Shown: one piece after another, positions 8,971-19,134 of the stretch
Position numbering within the stretch: position 1 is the first letter of the stretch
Layout: every line of letters begins with the position of its first letter
Source of the DNA: Candidatus Woesearchaeota archaeon
GTDB lineage: Archaea; Nanobdellota; Nanobdellia; SCGC-AAA011-G17; JACPIM01
Length of the DNA: 64,000 bases
NCBI GenBank assembly: GCA_964513145.1
Contig: CAZELK010000004.1
Coordinates: 1 to 64,000 of the forward strand
Direction: 5' to 3'
The notes under the pieces: model-generated
The model's input: only the letters and a program-made list of their open reading frames with translations
Databases searched by the model: none
What the model was told of the DNA's origin: nothing
Program-made: the position numbers and the translations under genes

Positions 8971-9705
8971 ATGGAAGAACAATCTAAAAAAGAAGAATTC
9001 ACAATTAAAAAGTCAAGTTTATGGAAAATTTCTACATTTGTTTTTGGTATATTATTAATAATTTCTATTTTTACAGGCGGTTTTGGTTATGGTAAAAGTG
9101 AAATAACAGGAAATGTTGTTGTTCCAACAACAAATGAACCGCAGGATCAATTTCCTACAATTTCAGTTAATATGAAAGATTTGGTTGATGAGGATAAAAT
9201 AAAAGGTGATGTTAATGCCCCAATTACTATAGTTGAGTTTTCAGATTATGAATGTCCTTTTTGCGGAAGATTTTTTGCACAAACATTGCCTTCAGTAGTT
9301 CAAGATTATATAAATTCTGGAAAAGCTAGGCTAGTTTACAGGGATTTCCCATTGCCTTTCCATCCTAATGCCCAAAAAGCAGCTGAGTCAGCTGAATGCG
9401 CAGGAAAACAAAATAAATATTATGAAATGCATGATAAAATATTTACAAATCAACAAACTTTAAGCCTGGAAAATTATAAAAAATGGGCAGGTGAAATTGG
9501 ATTAAATACTGATGAATTTAATACATGCTTAGATTCTGGAGAAACTGCTTCAGAAATTCAAAAAGATCTTCAAGATGGAACAGCAGCTGGAATTCAAGGT
9601 ACACCAGGTTTCATAATAGGAAAAACTAATGGAAACAGTGCAAGAATAATTTCAGGGGCATATCCATTCTCAGCATTCCAAGAAGTTATTGAGTCGCAGT
9701 TATAA
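8971..9705 (+). CDS. Membrane-anchored DsbA-family thioredoxin
   Basis: EFSDYECPFC, YRDFPL, GIQGTPGF; N-terminal TM helix. Confidence 0.92.
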   Translation: MEEQSKKEEFTIKKSSLWKISTFVFGILLIISIFTGGFGYGKSEITGNVVVPTTNEPQDQFPTISVNMKDLVDEDKIKGDVNAPITIVEFSDYECPFCGRFFAQTLPSVVQDYINSGKARLVYRDFPLPFHPNAQKAAESAECAGKQNKYYEMHDKIFTNQQTLSLENYKKWAGEIGLNTDEFNTCLDSGETASEIQKDLQDGTAAGIQGTPGFIIGKTNGNSARIISGAYPFSAFQEVIESQL

Positions 9706-9737
9706 ACATTCTTAAGATATATTAGAGAAGTAGCTTT

Positions 9738-10520
9738 ATGGGAAATGAAGAAATAGAAATAAAAAAATCCACTTTAATTATTGGGGTTGTTGTAATTATT
9801 GCTTTTATAATTTTAGTTTCCTTTTTAATTGGGTTAATTACAAATCCCAAAGATGATGGTGATAATAAGCAAACCATTGAATTTAATCCAAAAAACCTGA
9901 TAGATGATGATACAATTTTAGGTAATAAAAACTCAAAAGTAACAATAATAGAATTTTCAGATTATCAATGTCCTTTTTGCAGAAAAGCTTACAAAGAAAT
10001 AATGCCCTTAGTAAAAGAAAATTATGTTAAAACTAATAAAGCAAAATTGATTTTTAGGGATTTTCCATTGACAAGATTACATCCATCAGCATTAATAGCA
10101 GCCTTGGCAGCTGAATGTGCAGATGATCAAAATAAATTCTGGGAAATGCATGATAAAATTTTTGATGAACAAAATAAAAAAGGATCTGGAACAGTATCAT
10201 TTGGTCCCGAGGATTTAAAAAAATGGTCTAATGAAATTGGAATAAACAATGAAGATTTTAATTCATGTCTTGATTCTGAAAAATATATAGACGAAGTTAA
10301 AAATGATTTAGTTCAGGGAACAGCTTTTGGCATTTCCGGAACACCAACTTATTTTATTTTTACAGATAGCATAGAAAAGAAAGATGAAATTAAAAATGCA
10401 GTTCCAAGTGAATTTAAAAATTTTGTTACTTTCATTAACAATGAACAACTAACTGGTGTAAGCTTTGCAGGAGCAATGCCTTTTGAATTATTTAAATCAG
10501 TAATAGAAGCAATGCAATAA
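9738..10520 (+). CDS. Membrane-anchored DsbA-family thioredoxin (tandem paralog)
   Basis: EFSDYQCPFC, FRDFPL, GISGTPTY. Confidence 0.92.
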   Translation: MGNEEIEIKKSTLIIGVVVIIAFIILVSFLIGLITNPKDDGDNKQTIEFNPKNLIDDDTILGNKNSKVTIIEFSDYQCPFCRKAYKEIMPLVKENYVKTNKAKLIFRDFPLTRLHPSALIAALAAECADDQNKFWEMHDKIFDEQNKKGSGTVSFGPEDLKKWSNEIGINNEDFNSCLDSEKYIDEVKNDLVQGTAFGISGTPTYFIFTDSIEKKDEIKNAVPSEFKNFVTFINNEQLTGVSFAGAMPFELFKSVIEAMQ

Positions 10521-10522
10521 AA

Positions 10523-10867
10523 ATGGATGAAAATTTAGAAGATAAATTAAGCTTGGATCCTTTAGAACAAGCTAGAATCAAAAATATTTTAGAAACTGTA
10601 GAGAAACAAATTATTGAAATTCAAAGACAACGTAACACTTTTAGGGGAAGAGTTTCTAAATATGTTTCTAATATTACAGATTTTATTACAAGAAAAGGAG
10701 ATTGTATTCTCTATACTTCCTCTCTTTTAACAGTAAGCGGATTTAATATGTATAATGCAATTGAAAATAGTAACAAAAATCATGAAGCTGCTTTAGGTTA
10801 CGGATTGATTTCTATTGTTGCTGCTTGGTCTGCAGGAGTAATTTTTGAAAGTTATAGACATAAATAA
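10523..10867 (+). CDS. Hypothetical membrane protein
   Basis: 114-aa ORF in operon position with C-terminal hydrophobic segments. Confidence 0.6.
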   Translation: MDENLEDKLSLDPLEQARIKNILETVEKQIIEIQRQRNTFRGRVSKYVSNITDFITRKGDCILYTSSLLTVSGFNMYNAIENSNKNHEAALGYGLISIVAAWSAGVIFESYRHK

Positions 10868-11056
10868 TTATTTTCTTTGATCTAAGGGTATAATTATCCA
10901 TGCTAAGATATAAACTAATATCCCAATACCCATTCCAAAAACAAAAAATAGCCAGATTAATCTTACAATTATTGGGTCTATATTAAAATATTCCCCAATA
11001 CCACCGCAAACTCCAGCTAAAATTCTATCATTTTTCGACCTATAGAGCCTTTTCAT
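10868..11056 (-). CDS. pspC: PspC domain protein
   Basis: MKRLYRSKNDRILAGVCGGIGEYFNIDPIIVR...YILAWIIIP; start moved to ATG at 11056. Confidence 0.9.
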   Translation of the reverse strand: MKRLYRSKNDRILAGVCGGIGEYFNIDPIIVRLIWLFFVFGMGIGILVYILAWIIIPLDQRK

Positions 11057-11361
11057 AAAATAAATTTCTCCACAGTCCCTAATTTGCTGCAATAAGGGCA
11101 CATTCCCTGAAATTCCTTATTTCTAGTAAAACTATATTTACAAGAAGCACATTGGTATTTGAACTTTTTATTTTGACTTTCAACTTTAAAATTATTAAAT
11201 TCTTTTTCAGGCTGTCTTAATTTTTGATGCATTGGGTGCTGCAAAGAATAGCAAGAAGTGCAAACCCATTTTCTCCCTTCCTTATCAGCCTTTAAGTCAT
11301 TTAATGGTACTCTTGTACTGCATTTAGAGCAAGCAATTAAACTTTCTTTTGAAGCAAGCAT
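11053..11361 (-). CDS. Double Zn-finger protein
   Basis: CSKC..CTSC and CASC..CPYC. Confidence 0.7.
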   Translation of the reverse strand: MLASKESLIACSKCSTRVPLNDLKADKEGRKWVCTSCYSLQHPMHQKLRQPEKEFNNFKVESQNKKFKYQCASCKYSFTRNKEFQGMCPYCSKLGTVEKFIL

Positions 11362-11468
11362 TTTACTAAAATAATTTACTTTTAAATTTATAAACTTTAT
11401 TAAGACATTTCATTATAGATAATAAATCAATAATAATATAAAGAACTATGCATATTAGTTGATTTTAT

Positions 11469-12308
11469 ATGGAGAAAATTGACAAATTAAGATTTAGTAC
11501 TTCTGGAATACCTTTGTCAACAAAAAAAACAGGTACAATTGAAGGCATAAAAAGAATAAAAGAATTAAATTTAGATGGTCTTGAACTTGAATTTGTAAGG
11601 TCTGTTTATATAAAAAAAGAAAATGCTTCAGAAATAAAAAAAATTGCATCTGAAAATAACGTTGTTTTAAGTTCCCATGCTCCTTACTTTATAAATTTAA
11701 ATTCAGATGACAAGAAAAAGTTTTACGCCAGTATTGGATACATAAAAAACTCAGCTATAATAACTTCCTTATGTGGTGGTTATTCAACTTGTTTCCACGC
11801 AGGTTATTATCAGAAAATTGATCCAAAAAAAGTATATGAAAAAATAAAAGAAGGATTAAAAATAATTGTTAAAGAAGTAAATGAAATTGATAAAAAAATA
11901 TGGATAAGGCCTGAAACAACTGGGAAAATATCTCAGTTCGGGACAATTCATGAAATTATAGATTTAAGCATGGAATTTGACAATGTTTTGCCATGTATAG
12001 ACTGGTCACATCTTCATGCCTGGTCTAATGGAAAATATAATACATCAGAAGAATTTAGAGAAATTTTAATTTTAATGGAAAAAAAATTAGGCAGAAAAGC
12101 ATTGGATAATGTGCATTTTCATTGTCAGGGTGTAGAATATAATGAGAAAGGCGAAAGATGGCATTTAAATTTAAAAGAATCAGATCTAAAATATGAAAAA
12201 CTTTTAAATATATGGAAGGAATTTAAATTAAAAGGAGTAGTTATAGCAGAAAGCCCGAATGTTGAAGGCGACGCAATGCTTCTTAAAGAAATATATTATA
12301 AAAATTAA
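11469..12308 (+). CDS. nfo: Endonuclease IV (AP endonuclease, TIM barrel)
   Basis: HAPYFINL, FHAGYY, RPETTG, CIDWSHLHA, HFHCQG. Confidence 0.9.
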   Translation: MEKIDKLRFSTSGIPLSTKKTGTIEGIKRIKELNLDGLELEFVRSVYIKKENASEIKKIASENNVVLSSHAPYFINLNSDDKKKFYASIGYIKNSAIITSLCGGYSTCFHAGYYQKIDPKKVYEKIKEGLKIIVKEVNEIDKKIWIRPETTGKISQFGTIHEIIDLSMEFDNVLPCIDWSHLHAWSNGKYNTSEEFREILILMEKKLGRKALDNVHFHCQGVEYNEKGERWHLNLKESDLKYEKLLNIWKEFKLKGVVIAESPNVEGDAMLLKEIYYKN

Positions 12309-12309
12309 C

Positions 12310-12479
12310 GTAATTGTTCACGATCTTGAAGTTGATTTTGTCCATAAATATCAAAGACTTTGAATATAAGTCAATTCAACAAAATTATTGCTATAAGAAA
12401 ACAAAGACTAATATTCTTTAGTCATTAGCTTTATAGTATCATTATTTTGATAGCTGACTTCAGATGAGTGAACAATTAC
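12310..12479. mobile_element. 170-bp MITE with 8-bp target-site duplication
   Basis: Perfect 12-bp TIR GTAATTGTTCAC (12310-12321) / GTGAACAATTAC (12468-12479), extending imperfectly to ~23 bp; flanked by AAATTAAC at 12302-12309 and 12480-12487; no ORF. Confidence 0.88.
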
Positions 12480-12525
12480 AAATTAACGCAAGCTTTAAAA
12501 AACAAATAATTTTACTTTAGTTAAA

Positions 12526-12807
12526 ATGGCAGCTAAAAAGGAAATCCAGCATGACAGGCCTAATTGCATAGGTTGCGCAGCTTGCGCAGCAATAGACCCA
12601 AAAACATGGGTTATGCATGAAGATGGAAAGTCTGACATAATTAAAAGTGAAAATTTTGGTGAAGGCTGGCAGAGAAAAGAAATAAAAGAAGAAGAATTTA
12701 AAGATGCTATGGATTGTGCTGACGCTTGTCCTGTAAATGTTATTCATATAATTGAAAAAGAAGTCGATAAATCTGGAAAAGTTGTTAATGAAAAGAAATT
12801 AAAATAA
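12526..12807 (+). CDS. Ferredoxin (single-cluster type)
   Basis: CIGCAACAAID...CADACPVN. Confidence 0.88.
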   Translation: MAAKKEIQHDRPNCIGCAACAAIDPKTWVMHEDGKSDIIKSENFGEGWQRKEIKEEEFKDAMDCADACPVNVIHIIEKEVDKSGKVVNEKKLK

Positions 12808-12809
12808 AA

Positions 12810-13697
12810 TTAAAATTCTAAAAATTTTCCATCCTCATATTCAATTTTTACATTCTTTCTTTTTAGTAAATAAAAACTTTCTTTTAATCTATTTAATTCT
12901 GTTTCATTTAATGGTTCTTCAGATATTTTACTTTTTAGAGTTATATAATCCTGTACTACAGTTGGAGGTAATTTTATATTAATTTCCCCATATCTTTCAG
13001 GAATTCTATTAATAGCAGCACAATAAAATGGAATAATCTGGTGGTTAGTCCCAAGCTGCCAAGTTCCTTTTAGATCTATTCTAGTTAAAAATTTTAATAG
13101 ATTAATTTCCTTTGCATCAACATTTTTATTGCCAATTGTTTCTTCAGCCCTCTTATATAACTCTTCAAAACCAGCCCAATCAAATACAGAACATCCCCAA
13201 TCAGCAAATAATTCAATTAAACTTTTATTTTCAACAGATTTACTTTGCTTTTCATTTTTTTTAAATTTAATACGATATTTTTTTGCAAATTTTAGATAAT
13301 CTCTTAATGTCTTTTCATCAAAGAATTTTATGACATATAGCATTTCATCATTTAATGCTCTTTCATGTGCATTTCCTAAAGAAGCCTCTTTATATTCAAG
13401 TTCACGGATTTCGTGAAACATCATAATTTCTTTAAATTCTTTGGGGACTTTTTCATCTTGGAATATTTCAGTTTCAGGAACTAAACATTGCTCAAAAACT
13501 TGTTTCATTTCCAAAGAATAATCAGAACTTCCATTTATTGAGAAGCTTGTCTTAGTACTTTTAAATACCTCATAAGTTTTATTTTGATATTCAACTTTAT
13601 ATTTATTTTCTGCTTCTTCTAAAATATTTACTCTATCTAAAGTTATATTTTCAGCTATTAATTGAGTAAGTGTTTTTTTTGCCATTTTTTTACGCAA
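12810..13697 (-). CDS. Hypothetical protein
   Basis: 295-aa ORF with host-like composition; no recognised motif. Confidence 0.6.
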   Translation of the reverse strand: MRKKMAKKTLTQLIAENITLDRVNILEEAENKYKVEYQNKTYEVFKSTKTSFSINGSSDYSLEMKQVFEQCLVPETEIFQDEKVPKEFKEIMMFHEIRELEYKEASLGNAHERALNDEMLYVIKFFDEKTLRDYLKFAKKYRIKFKKNEKQSKSVENKSLIELFADWGCSVFDWAGFEELYKRAEETIGNKNVDAKEINLLKFLTRIDLKGTWQLGTNHQIIPFYCAAINRIPERYGEINIKLPPTVVQDYITLKSKISEEPLNETELNRLKESFYLLKRKNVKIEYEDGKFLEF

Positions 13698-13782
13698 AAT
13701 ATATTAGTATTTAAACTTTTCCATATGTTATTATTTATAAGTAGTCAAAAATAAAGCTTATAACTTATAAATTAAGAAATTT

Positions 13783-13989
13783 TCATTTTTTTATGAACCT
13801 TAAATTTGAGTGGTTAATTCCTTTTTTCATCTTGGGAGTAATGCTTCTGCCTAAATTATTATCCAATGTTCCTTCTGAAAATTTAAATGAAATTAGAGTT
13901 ATATTAGTTACTTGTGTTTTGGTTGCAATTGTTATAGCTGTTTTAAGATACTTAAAAAAACTGGAAAGATAGAAATCACCATAATCCAA
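13783..13989 (-). CDS. Small hypothetical membrane protein
   Basis: Two hydrophobic segments; short, start uncertain. Confidence 0.4.
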   Translation of the reverse strand: MDYGDFYLSSFFKYLKTAITIATKTQVTNITLISFKFSEGTLDNNLGRSITPKMKKGINHSNLRFIKK

Positions 13990-14048
13990 AAGCCCTTCCT
14001 AAAAAATATATTATCAAAATTATTAACAATACTCCAAATAAATCTATT

Positions 14049-14291
14049 TTATTTGTCTTGGCTCTTTTGTTTAAATTCATCTAATTCCCTCCAAATTTTT
14101 TTGATTTCCAATTGAAGATTTATTTGATTATTTAATTCACCAATATCATCTTCATGAGTCTGTAATTTTAAATAAATTGTAAATATAATCAGTAAAATCC
14201 CAGAAACAACTGTAAATAAATCTTGATTATAGCCACCATAAAAACTTATTACAAAACCCACCAGCCCGAGAAATATATCCTTTGTGTCCAC
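14049..14291 (-). CDS. Small membrane protein with C-terminal coiled coil
   Basis: Two N-terminal TM segments; start codon at 14291 is GTG. Confidence 0.55.
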   Translation of the reverse strand: MDTKDIFLGLVGFVISFYGGYNQDLFTVVSGILLIIFTIYLKLQTHEDDIGELNNQINLQLEIKKIWRELDEFKQKSQDK

Positions 14292-14382
14292 CCAGTTATC
14301 ATAATTTCTTATAGTTATATAATTTGTGTAGTAATTTCAACAAAGTAAAACTATTTATATTAAGAATTTTTTATATAGTTTA

Positions 14383-15090
14383 ATGAAAAGAGGTAATAAA
14401 TTAGATTCTCATGGAATTGAAAATGCTGGTTTTTTAAGGGAATTTATTTTTGGCTTAAATGATGGTTTAGTTTCTACTTTATCAATTTTAGCTGGATTAA
14501 GTGGCGCAGTTGTAAGCAATAATATAATTGTCTTGGCTGGCTTGGCTGAAATTGTAGCTGGTTCTATTTCAATGGGCTTGGGAGCATATATTTCTACAAA
14601 ATCAGAAGATGAATATTTTAAAAGCAAAATTGAAAAAGAAAGTAAAAATATAGAAGACCTGCCTTACATAGAAATAAATGAAATAAAGGATATTTACAGA
14701 AAAAAAGGTTTTAATGAAAAAGAAGTTAATCTTATAGTAAGCAAAATAATCAAGCATAAGGCAACATGGTTGGACACAATAATAAGGGAGAAAATAGGCA
14801 TTAAACAAGAATTTGATGACCCCAAGAAATTGGGCCTAACAAACGGCTTCTCATTTGTTTTGGGTGGCTTATTTCCAGTACTGCCTTTTTTGTTTTTTCA
14901 AAGCAGTTATCCATTAATAATTGGAACCATTTCCTCATTAATAATATTATTTACAATTGGGGTCATAAAAAGCAGGATTACAGGTAGAAACTGGTTTGTA
15001 AGTGGTTTCGAGTTGACATTTATTTGTTTATTAGCTGCTGCTTTATCTTACTTTGCAGGAAAATTAATTAATTATTTGGGGGGTATATGA
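14383..15090 (+). CDS. VIT1/CCC1-family metal transporter
   Basis: LREFIFGLNDGLVS, AGSISMGLGAYIS, C-terminal TM bundle. Confidence 0.93.
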   Translation: MKRGNKLDSHGIENAGFLREFIFGLNDGLVSTLSILAGLSGAVVSNNIIVLAGLAEIVAGSISMGLGAYISTKSEDEYFKSKIEKESKNIEDLPYIEINEIKDIYRKKGFNEKEVNLIVSKIIKHKATWLDTIIREKIGIKQEFDDPKKLGLTNGFSFVLGGLFPVLPFLFFQSSYPLIIGTISSLIILFTIGVIKSRITGRNWFVSGFELTFICLLAAALSYFAGKLINYLGGI

Positions 15091-16193
15091 TGGTAGATTT
15101 TGATGAGATTGGTCCGGAAAAAATATTGGAAATACATAATCCTAAAATTGGTGTGCATGGTTTTCTTGTAATAGATTCGCTTGCACTTGGTCCAGGAAAA
15201 GGAGGTATCAGAATGACGCCAACAGTTAATGTAGAGGAAGTTGCAAAATTAGCAAGAGCCATGAGTTACAAAAATGCCATGGCTGAACTTCCTTTTGGTG
15301 GGGCAAAAGCTGGAATAGTTGCTGATGACAAGCAGATAACAAAACAGAAGAAAAAAGAAATAATATTTGCTTTTGCAGAATCATTAAAAGAATATTGTCC
15401 AAAATTATACATAGCTGGTCCAGACATGAATACAGGTGAAGAAGAAATGGGCTGGTTTTCTAAAGCATTAAAAAATAAAAAAGTCTGCACAGGAAAGCCA
15501 AAATCCATGGGTGGTTTGCCTCATGAACTAGGAAGCACTGGCTTTGGTGTTTTTCATTCAATGATGACAGCTATAGAAAATTTAAATTTAAACAAAGAAA
15601 AAATAACAGTCGCAGTTGAAGGTTTTGGGAATGTAGGCTGGTTTGTTTCTAAATTTCTGGCTGAAAATAATATAAAATTAGTTGCAGTCTCAGATTCCAA
15701 AGGTGTTATTTACAACAAAGAAGGTTTAAATTTTAATAAATTAGATAAAATAAAAAAATCAACAGGAAGTGTTGTAAATTATAAAAATGGAAATGTGTTT
15801 CCAGCTAGTTCTATAATAAATATCGACGCAGATATTTTAGTTACAGCAGCAATTCCTGACTTGATTAAAATTAATGATGTTAATGAAGTTAAAGCAAAAT
15901 TAATTGTAGAGGGAAGCAACATACCTATGAATTATGAAACAGAATCTTTGCTGCATAAAAAAGGCACTTTGGTAATACCTGATTTTGTTGCAAATGCCGG
16001 CGGAGTAATAAGCTCATATGTTGAATATATAAAAGGAAATAGGGAAAAAATGTTCAAAATTGTGAAAGAAAAGATTATAAAGAACACTAAACTTATTTTA
16101 GAACATCCTGCAAAGAACATTATGCCAAGGGACATCGCCATTAAAATTGCCAGGCAAAGAATAGAAAAAAAATGCAAAATATGTAATTTTTAG
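15087..16193 (+). CDS. gdhA: Glu/Leu/Phe/Val dehydrogenase (glutamate dehydrogenase)
   Basis: GPGKGGIR, LPFGGAKAG, GPDMNT, VEGFGNVG, PDFVANAGGV. Confidence 0.92.
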   Translation: MMVDFDEIGPEKILEIHNPKIGVHGFLVIDSLALGPGKGGIRMTPTVNVEEVAKLARAMSYKNAMAELPFGGAKAGIVADDKQITKQKKKEIIFAFAESLKEYCPKLYIAGPDMNTGEEEMGWFSKALKNKKVCTGKPKSMGGLPHELGSTGFGVFHSMMTAIENLNLNKEKITVAVEGFGNVGWFVSKFLAENNIKLVAVSDSKGVIYNKEGLNFNKLDKIKKSTGSVVNYKNGNVFPASSIINIDADILVTAAIPDLIKINDVNEVKAKLIVEGSNIPMNYETESLLHKKGTLVIPDFVANAGGVISSYVEYIKGNREKMFKIVKEKIIKNTKLILEHPAKNIMPRDIAIKIARQRIEKKCKICNF

Positions 16194-16204
16194 GAGGGTT
16201 TAGC

Positions 16205-16399
16205 ATGAAAGGAGACGATAATTGTTGTCAAGGTGGGAAAAATAAAGATTTTAAAGGTTCTAGTTGTGCATGTGAAAGTGAAATTGAAGAACAAAGTTGC
16301 GGATGCATGGAAGAAGTAGAAACACCAAAAAAAGTCATGAAAGGAAAAGCAATGAAAGTTAAAGAAGAACACCAATGTGGTTGCTGCGGAGGCCACTAA
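16205..16399 (+). CDS. Cys-rich metallothionein-like small protein
   Basis: 9 Cys in CC, CAC, CGC and CGCC motifs in 64 aa; GGAGG RBS upstream. Confidence 0.6.
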   Translation: MKGDDNCCQGGKNKDFKGSSCACESEIEEQSCGCMEEVETPKKVMKGKAMKVKEEHQCGCCGGH

Positions 16400-16423
16400 A
16401 TTTTTATTTTTAAAAGAGGCATT

Positions 16424-17032
16424 ATGTTTTTTAATAAAATTTTATTAATTTTGCTTATTTCTATTCCATTATGTTATTCTATAGAAACTATTGAAGCAAC
16501 AGTACAGGGAACAACAATTGAAGTTGTAAAAAAACAAGCTTTTAATGTTAATATAGTTGAAAGCAGCAGCATAAGAATAGGAAATTCAAGGCAGGACAGT
16601 ATAATTCCATATCAAATTAGCATTACAGAAATAAAACAAACTTTAGTAACATTAAAATTTAAAAAATTCAATAATCTTTCTATTAATCTTGGTGAAGAAA
16701 GAAAAGTTGATTTTGATAGTGATAATGTTTTTGATGTAGCAATAAAATTATCAGCATTAAGACCAGGCAGGGCAACTTTAATATTTACAAGCTTGGAAAG
16801 CAAAGTCGAATCTTTAATTGATAATTCTGCTTTAATAGCAAATGAAATTTTAAATAATACTAAAGAAACAACTCCAGATTTAACAAAAAATGTAACAAAT
16901 GAAGAAGTAGAATTAGATATAAATGTAAATGCTGAAAAATCATACTTTAAAATTAATTACATAATTTCAACTGCTTTAATTATAATATTACTGGCTGTTA
17001 TATTGATTCATTTTTTAAGAAGAATGAGATAA
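16424..17032 (+). CDS. Hypothetical secreted protein with C-terminal TM anchor
   Basis: N-terminal signal and C-terminal hydrophobic helix followed by a basic tail. Confidence 0.65.
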   Translation: MFFNKILLILLISIPLCYSIETIEATVQGTTIEVVKKQAFNVNIVESSSIRIGNSRQDSIIPYQISITEIKQTLVTLKFKKFNNLSINLGEERKVDFDSDNVFDVAIKLSALRPGRATLIFTSLESKVESLIDNSALIANEILNNTKETTPDLTKNVTNEEVELDINVNAEKSYFKINYIISTALIIILLAVILIHFLRRMR

Positions 17033-17063
17033 TATTTTAAAGTCGTGGAATATTAAGTATTTT

Positions 17064-17438
17064 ATGGTAAACTCTGATCTTGAAAAAAGTTTAAAGGAAA
17101 TTAATTTATACCAGAAAAACGAGTTAAATAAAGTAAGAGAACAATATTACACAGAAAGAAAACGAGATTTAAATGAAGACAATGAAAATATTTTTGAAGC
17201 TAACTCTTACCTATTTGGAAATAATTTGGGGAATGGAATAACATTTGGTGTCACATTTATTTATGGCGGCAAGATATTTATTTTAGATACATTAAAAGGA
17301 GAAGACAGGGCTAAAGTTGTGGAACATGAAAAACATCATAGAAACAATCCTAGTGACAGTGAATTCATGACAAGAAAAAGAACTTGTACAGAAGAATTTT
17401 ACCCAAATCCGGCTGTTAGCCCAGTTAATTACAATTAA
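17064..17438 (+). CDS. Hypothetical protein with HExxH motif
   Basis: VVEHEKHH. Confidence 0.5.
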   Translation: MVNSDLEKSLKEINLYQKNELNKVREQYYTERKRDLNEDNENIFEANSYLFGNNLGNGITFGVTFIYGGKIFILDTLKGEDRAKVVEHEKHHRNNPSDSEFMTRKRTCTEEFYPNPAVSPVNYN

Positions 17439-17439
17439 G

Positions 17440-18222
17440 ATGAGATTAAAAGAATTATATCATCCCGAACAAGGAAAAATGAATGTTGCCGGTTTAATTT
17501 CTGGAAGCGGGTCTAATTTAGTAAAGATAATTGAACATAGCAAAAGAATTGAAATTGAAGAAGGAAGAGCTCCTTATAGGGTCGTAGTTATTTTTTCTGA
17601 TAATCTTAAAAGTAATGCTGTAAAAATAGGAAGTAATTATGGAATTCCTGTTATTGTAAATGACTTGAAAGAGTTTTATAAAAAAATTGGAAAACCAAGA
17701 AAAGATTTAGATGTTAGAAAAGAATTTGATAGAGAAACTGTGGAGAAATTAAAACAGTTCAATGTTGATGTAACTGCTTTTGCTGGATATATGGCTATTG
17801 CTACAAAACCATTAATTAATGCATTTCTTGGTATAAATGTTCATCCTGCTGATTTATCAATAATAGATGGAAATAAAAGAAAATATACTGGAGACAACGC
17901 AGTCAGGGACGCTATAATGAATGGAGAAAAACAATTAAGATCAACAACGCATATAATTGAAGAGGAAGTTGATTATGGAAGAATTTTAATGGTATCCAAG
18001 TCACTACAAGTTAATTTACCAAATGATTTTGATTCAAAAAATAAAGAACAAGTCAAGAGAATTTCTGATGAACATCAAAGTCATTTGAAAAAAGTAGGAG
18101 ATTGGGTTATATTTCCAAAAACCTTGGAATATATTGCTGATGGGAGATATTCAGAAGATGAACAAGGTAATTTATATTTTGATGATAAATTAATACCAAA
18201 TGGATTAAGATTATGGGTATAA
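17440..18222 (+). CDS. purN: Formyltransferase (PurN/GAR transformylase-like)
   Basis: ISGSGSNL, FAGYM, INVHPADL, STTHII.EEVDYG. Confidence 0.75.
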   Translation: MRLKELYHPEQGKMNVAGLISGSGSNLVKIIEHSKRIEIEEGRAPYRVVVIFSDNLKSNAVKIGSNYGIPVIVNDLKEFYKKIGKPRKDLDVRKEFDRETVEKLKQFNVDVTAFAGYMAIATKPLINAFLGINVHPADLSIIDGNKRKYTGDNAVRDAIMNGEKQLRSTTHIIEEEVDYGRILMVSKSLQVNLPNDFDSKNKEQVKRISDEHQSHLKKVGDWVIFPKTLEYIADGRYSEDEQGNLYFDDKLIPNGLRLWV

Positions 18223-18539
18223 AAATGAACAAAAAAGCAGAATGGAAAGTGGAGCCAGGTATTGTCTGGTTTATATTGTTTATTATTCTAATTATTGCAA
18301 CTATGTGGATAGGGAGTTGGGAATGTAAAAATGACAATGATTGTGAAAGCGGAGAAATTTGTACAGTTAAGCACACTTGTTATTCCCCAGAAAATACACA
18401 AACAACAATAATCAAAACAGAAAACAAATATATTTTAGCTTCATTTATTATCGGGTTAAGCATAATAGCAGCTGCAATTATAATAAAAACTAAAGAATTC
18501 AAACTTAGTCATCATGCTCATAAATTAAGGAGAAAATAA
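18213..18539 (+). CDS. Membrane protein with Cys-rich loop
   Basis: Two TM helices flanking ECKNDNDCESGEICTVKHTC. Confidence 0.65.
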   Translation: MGIKMNKKAEWKVEPGIVWFILFIILIIATMWIGSWECKNDNDCESGEICTVKHTCYSPENTQTTIIKTENKYILASFIIGLSIIAAAIIIKTKEFKLSHHAHKLRRK

Positions 18540-18548
18540 TACTAAAAA

Positions 18549-18935
18549 TTATTTTACATATTCAACATTTTCTTTACTTTCAAATTTCTGGTCGCCAGTT
18601 AAGAACTTAATTTTTAGTAGTTTGGCTAAAGAATAACCTATGCAATCAACATAACTGAGTTTTTCCTTTCTATAATCTAGTTTAAACTGCATCCCAGATC
18701 TTATACTTTTAAATGAAATTGGAATAATAAATTTAGAATATAATCTTAAATATTTATCAGCAGTTTGTTTATCATAATCATGGAGAAAATGATAATACAA
18801 TTCTGTAAGATTAAATTTAGTTGTTACTAAAACATGATCTAGATATTTCCTATAATCTTCATTTCCACCTATTAACTCTATGAGTGCATATGTATCTGCT
18901 AAAAATACTTTTAATTCAGTCATAAGCTTCATCAA
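18549..18935 (-). CDS. vapC: VapC-type PIN toxin
   Basis: FLADTYALIE, LSYVDC..Y..A, FLTGD. Confidence 0.85.
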   Translation of the reverse strand: MMKLMTELKVFLADTYALIELIGGNEDYRKYLDHVLVTTKFNLTELYYHFLHDYDKQTADKYLRLYSKFIIPISFKSIRSGMQFKLDYRKEKLSYVDCIGYSLAKLLKIKFLTGDQKFESKENVEYVK

Positions 18936-19134
18936 TTTCTTCCATTACATTTTGAGTAGGTTTTTTTAATTTTAAACTTCCAAATGCTTTCTTTAAATTA
19001 TCATTTTCTATACTTATAATTAGAAATCTTATTTTCTTTTTCGTCGAAATATTTTCTTTTTCTATTATCTCTTTAGGTATAGTTACGCCTAATGAATTTC
19101 CCCAATGCTTTGGTTTTGCTTCAAAAAGTTCCAT
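18916..19134 (-). CDS. vapB: AbrB/MazE-type antitoxin
   Basis: KHWGNSLGVTIPKEI; overlaps the PIN gene. Confidence 0.85.
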   Translation of the reverse strand: MELFEAKPKHWGNSLGVTIPKEIIEKENISTKKKIRFLIISIENDNLKKAFGSLKLKKPTQNVMEEIDEAYD

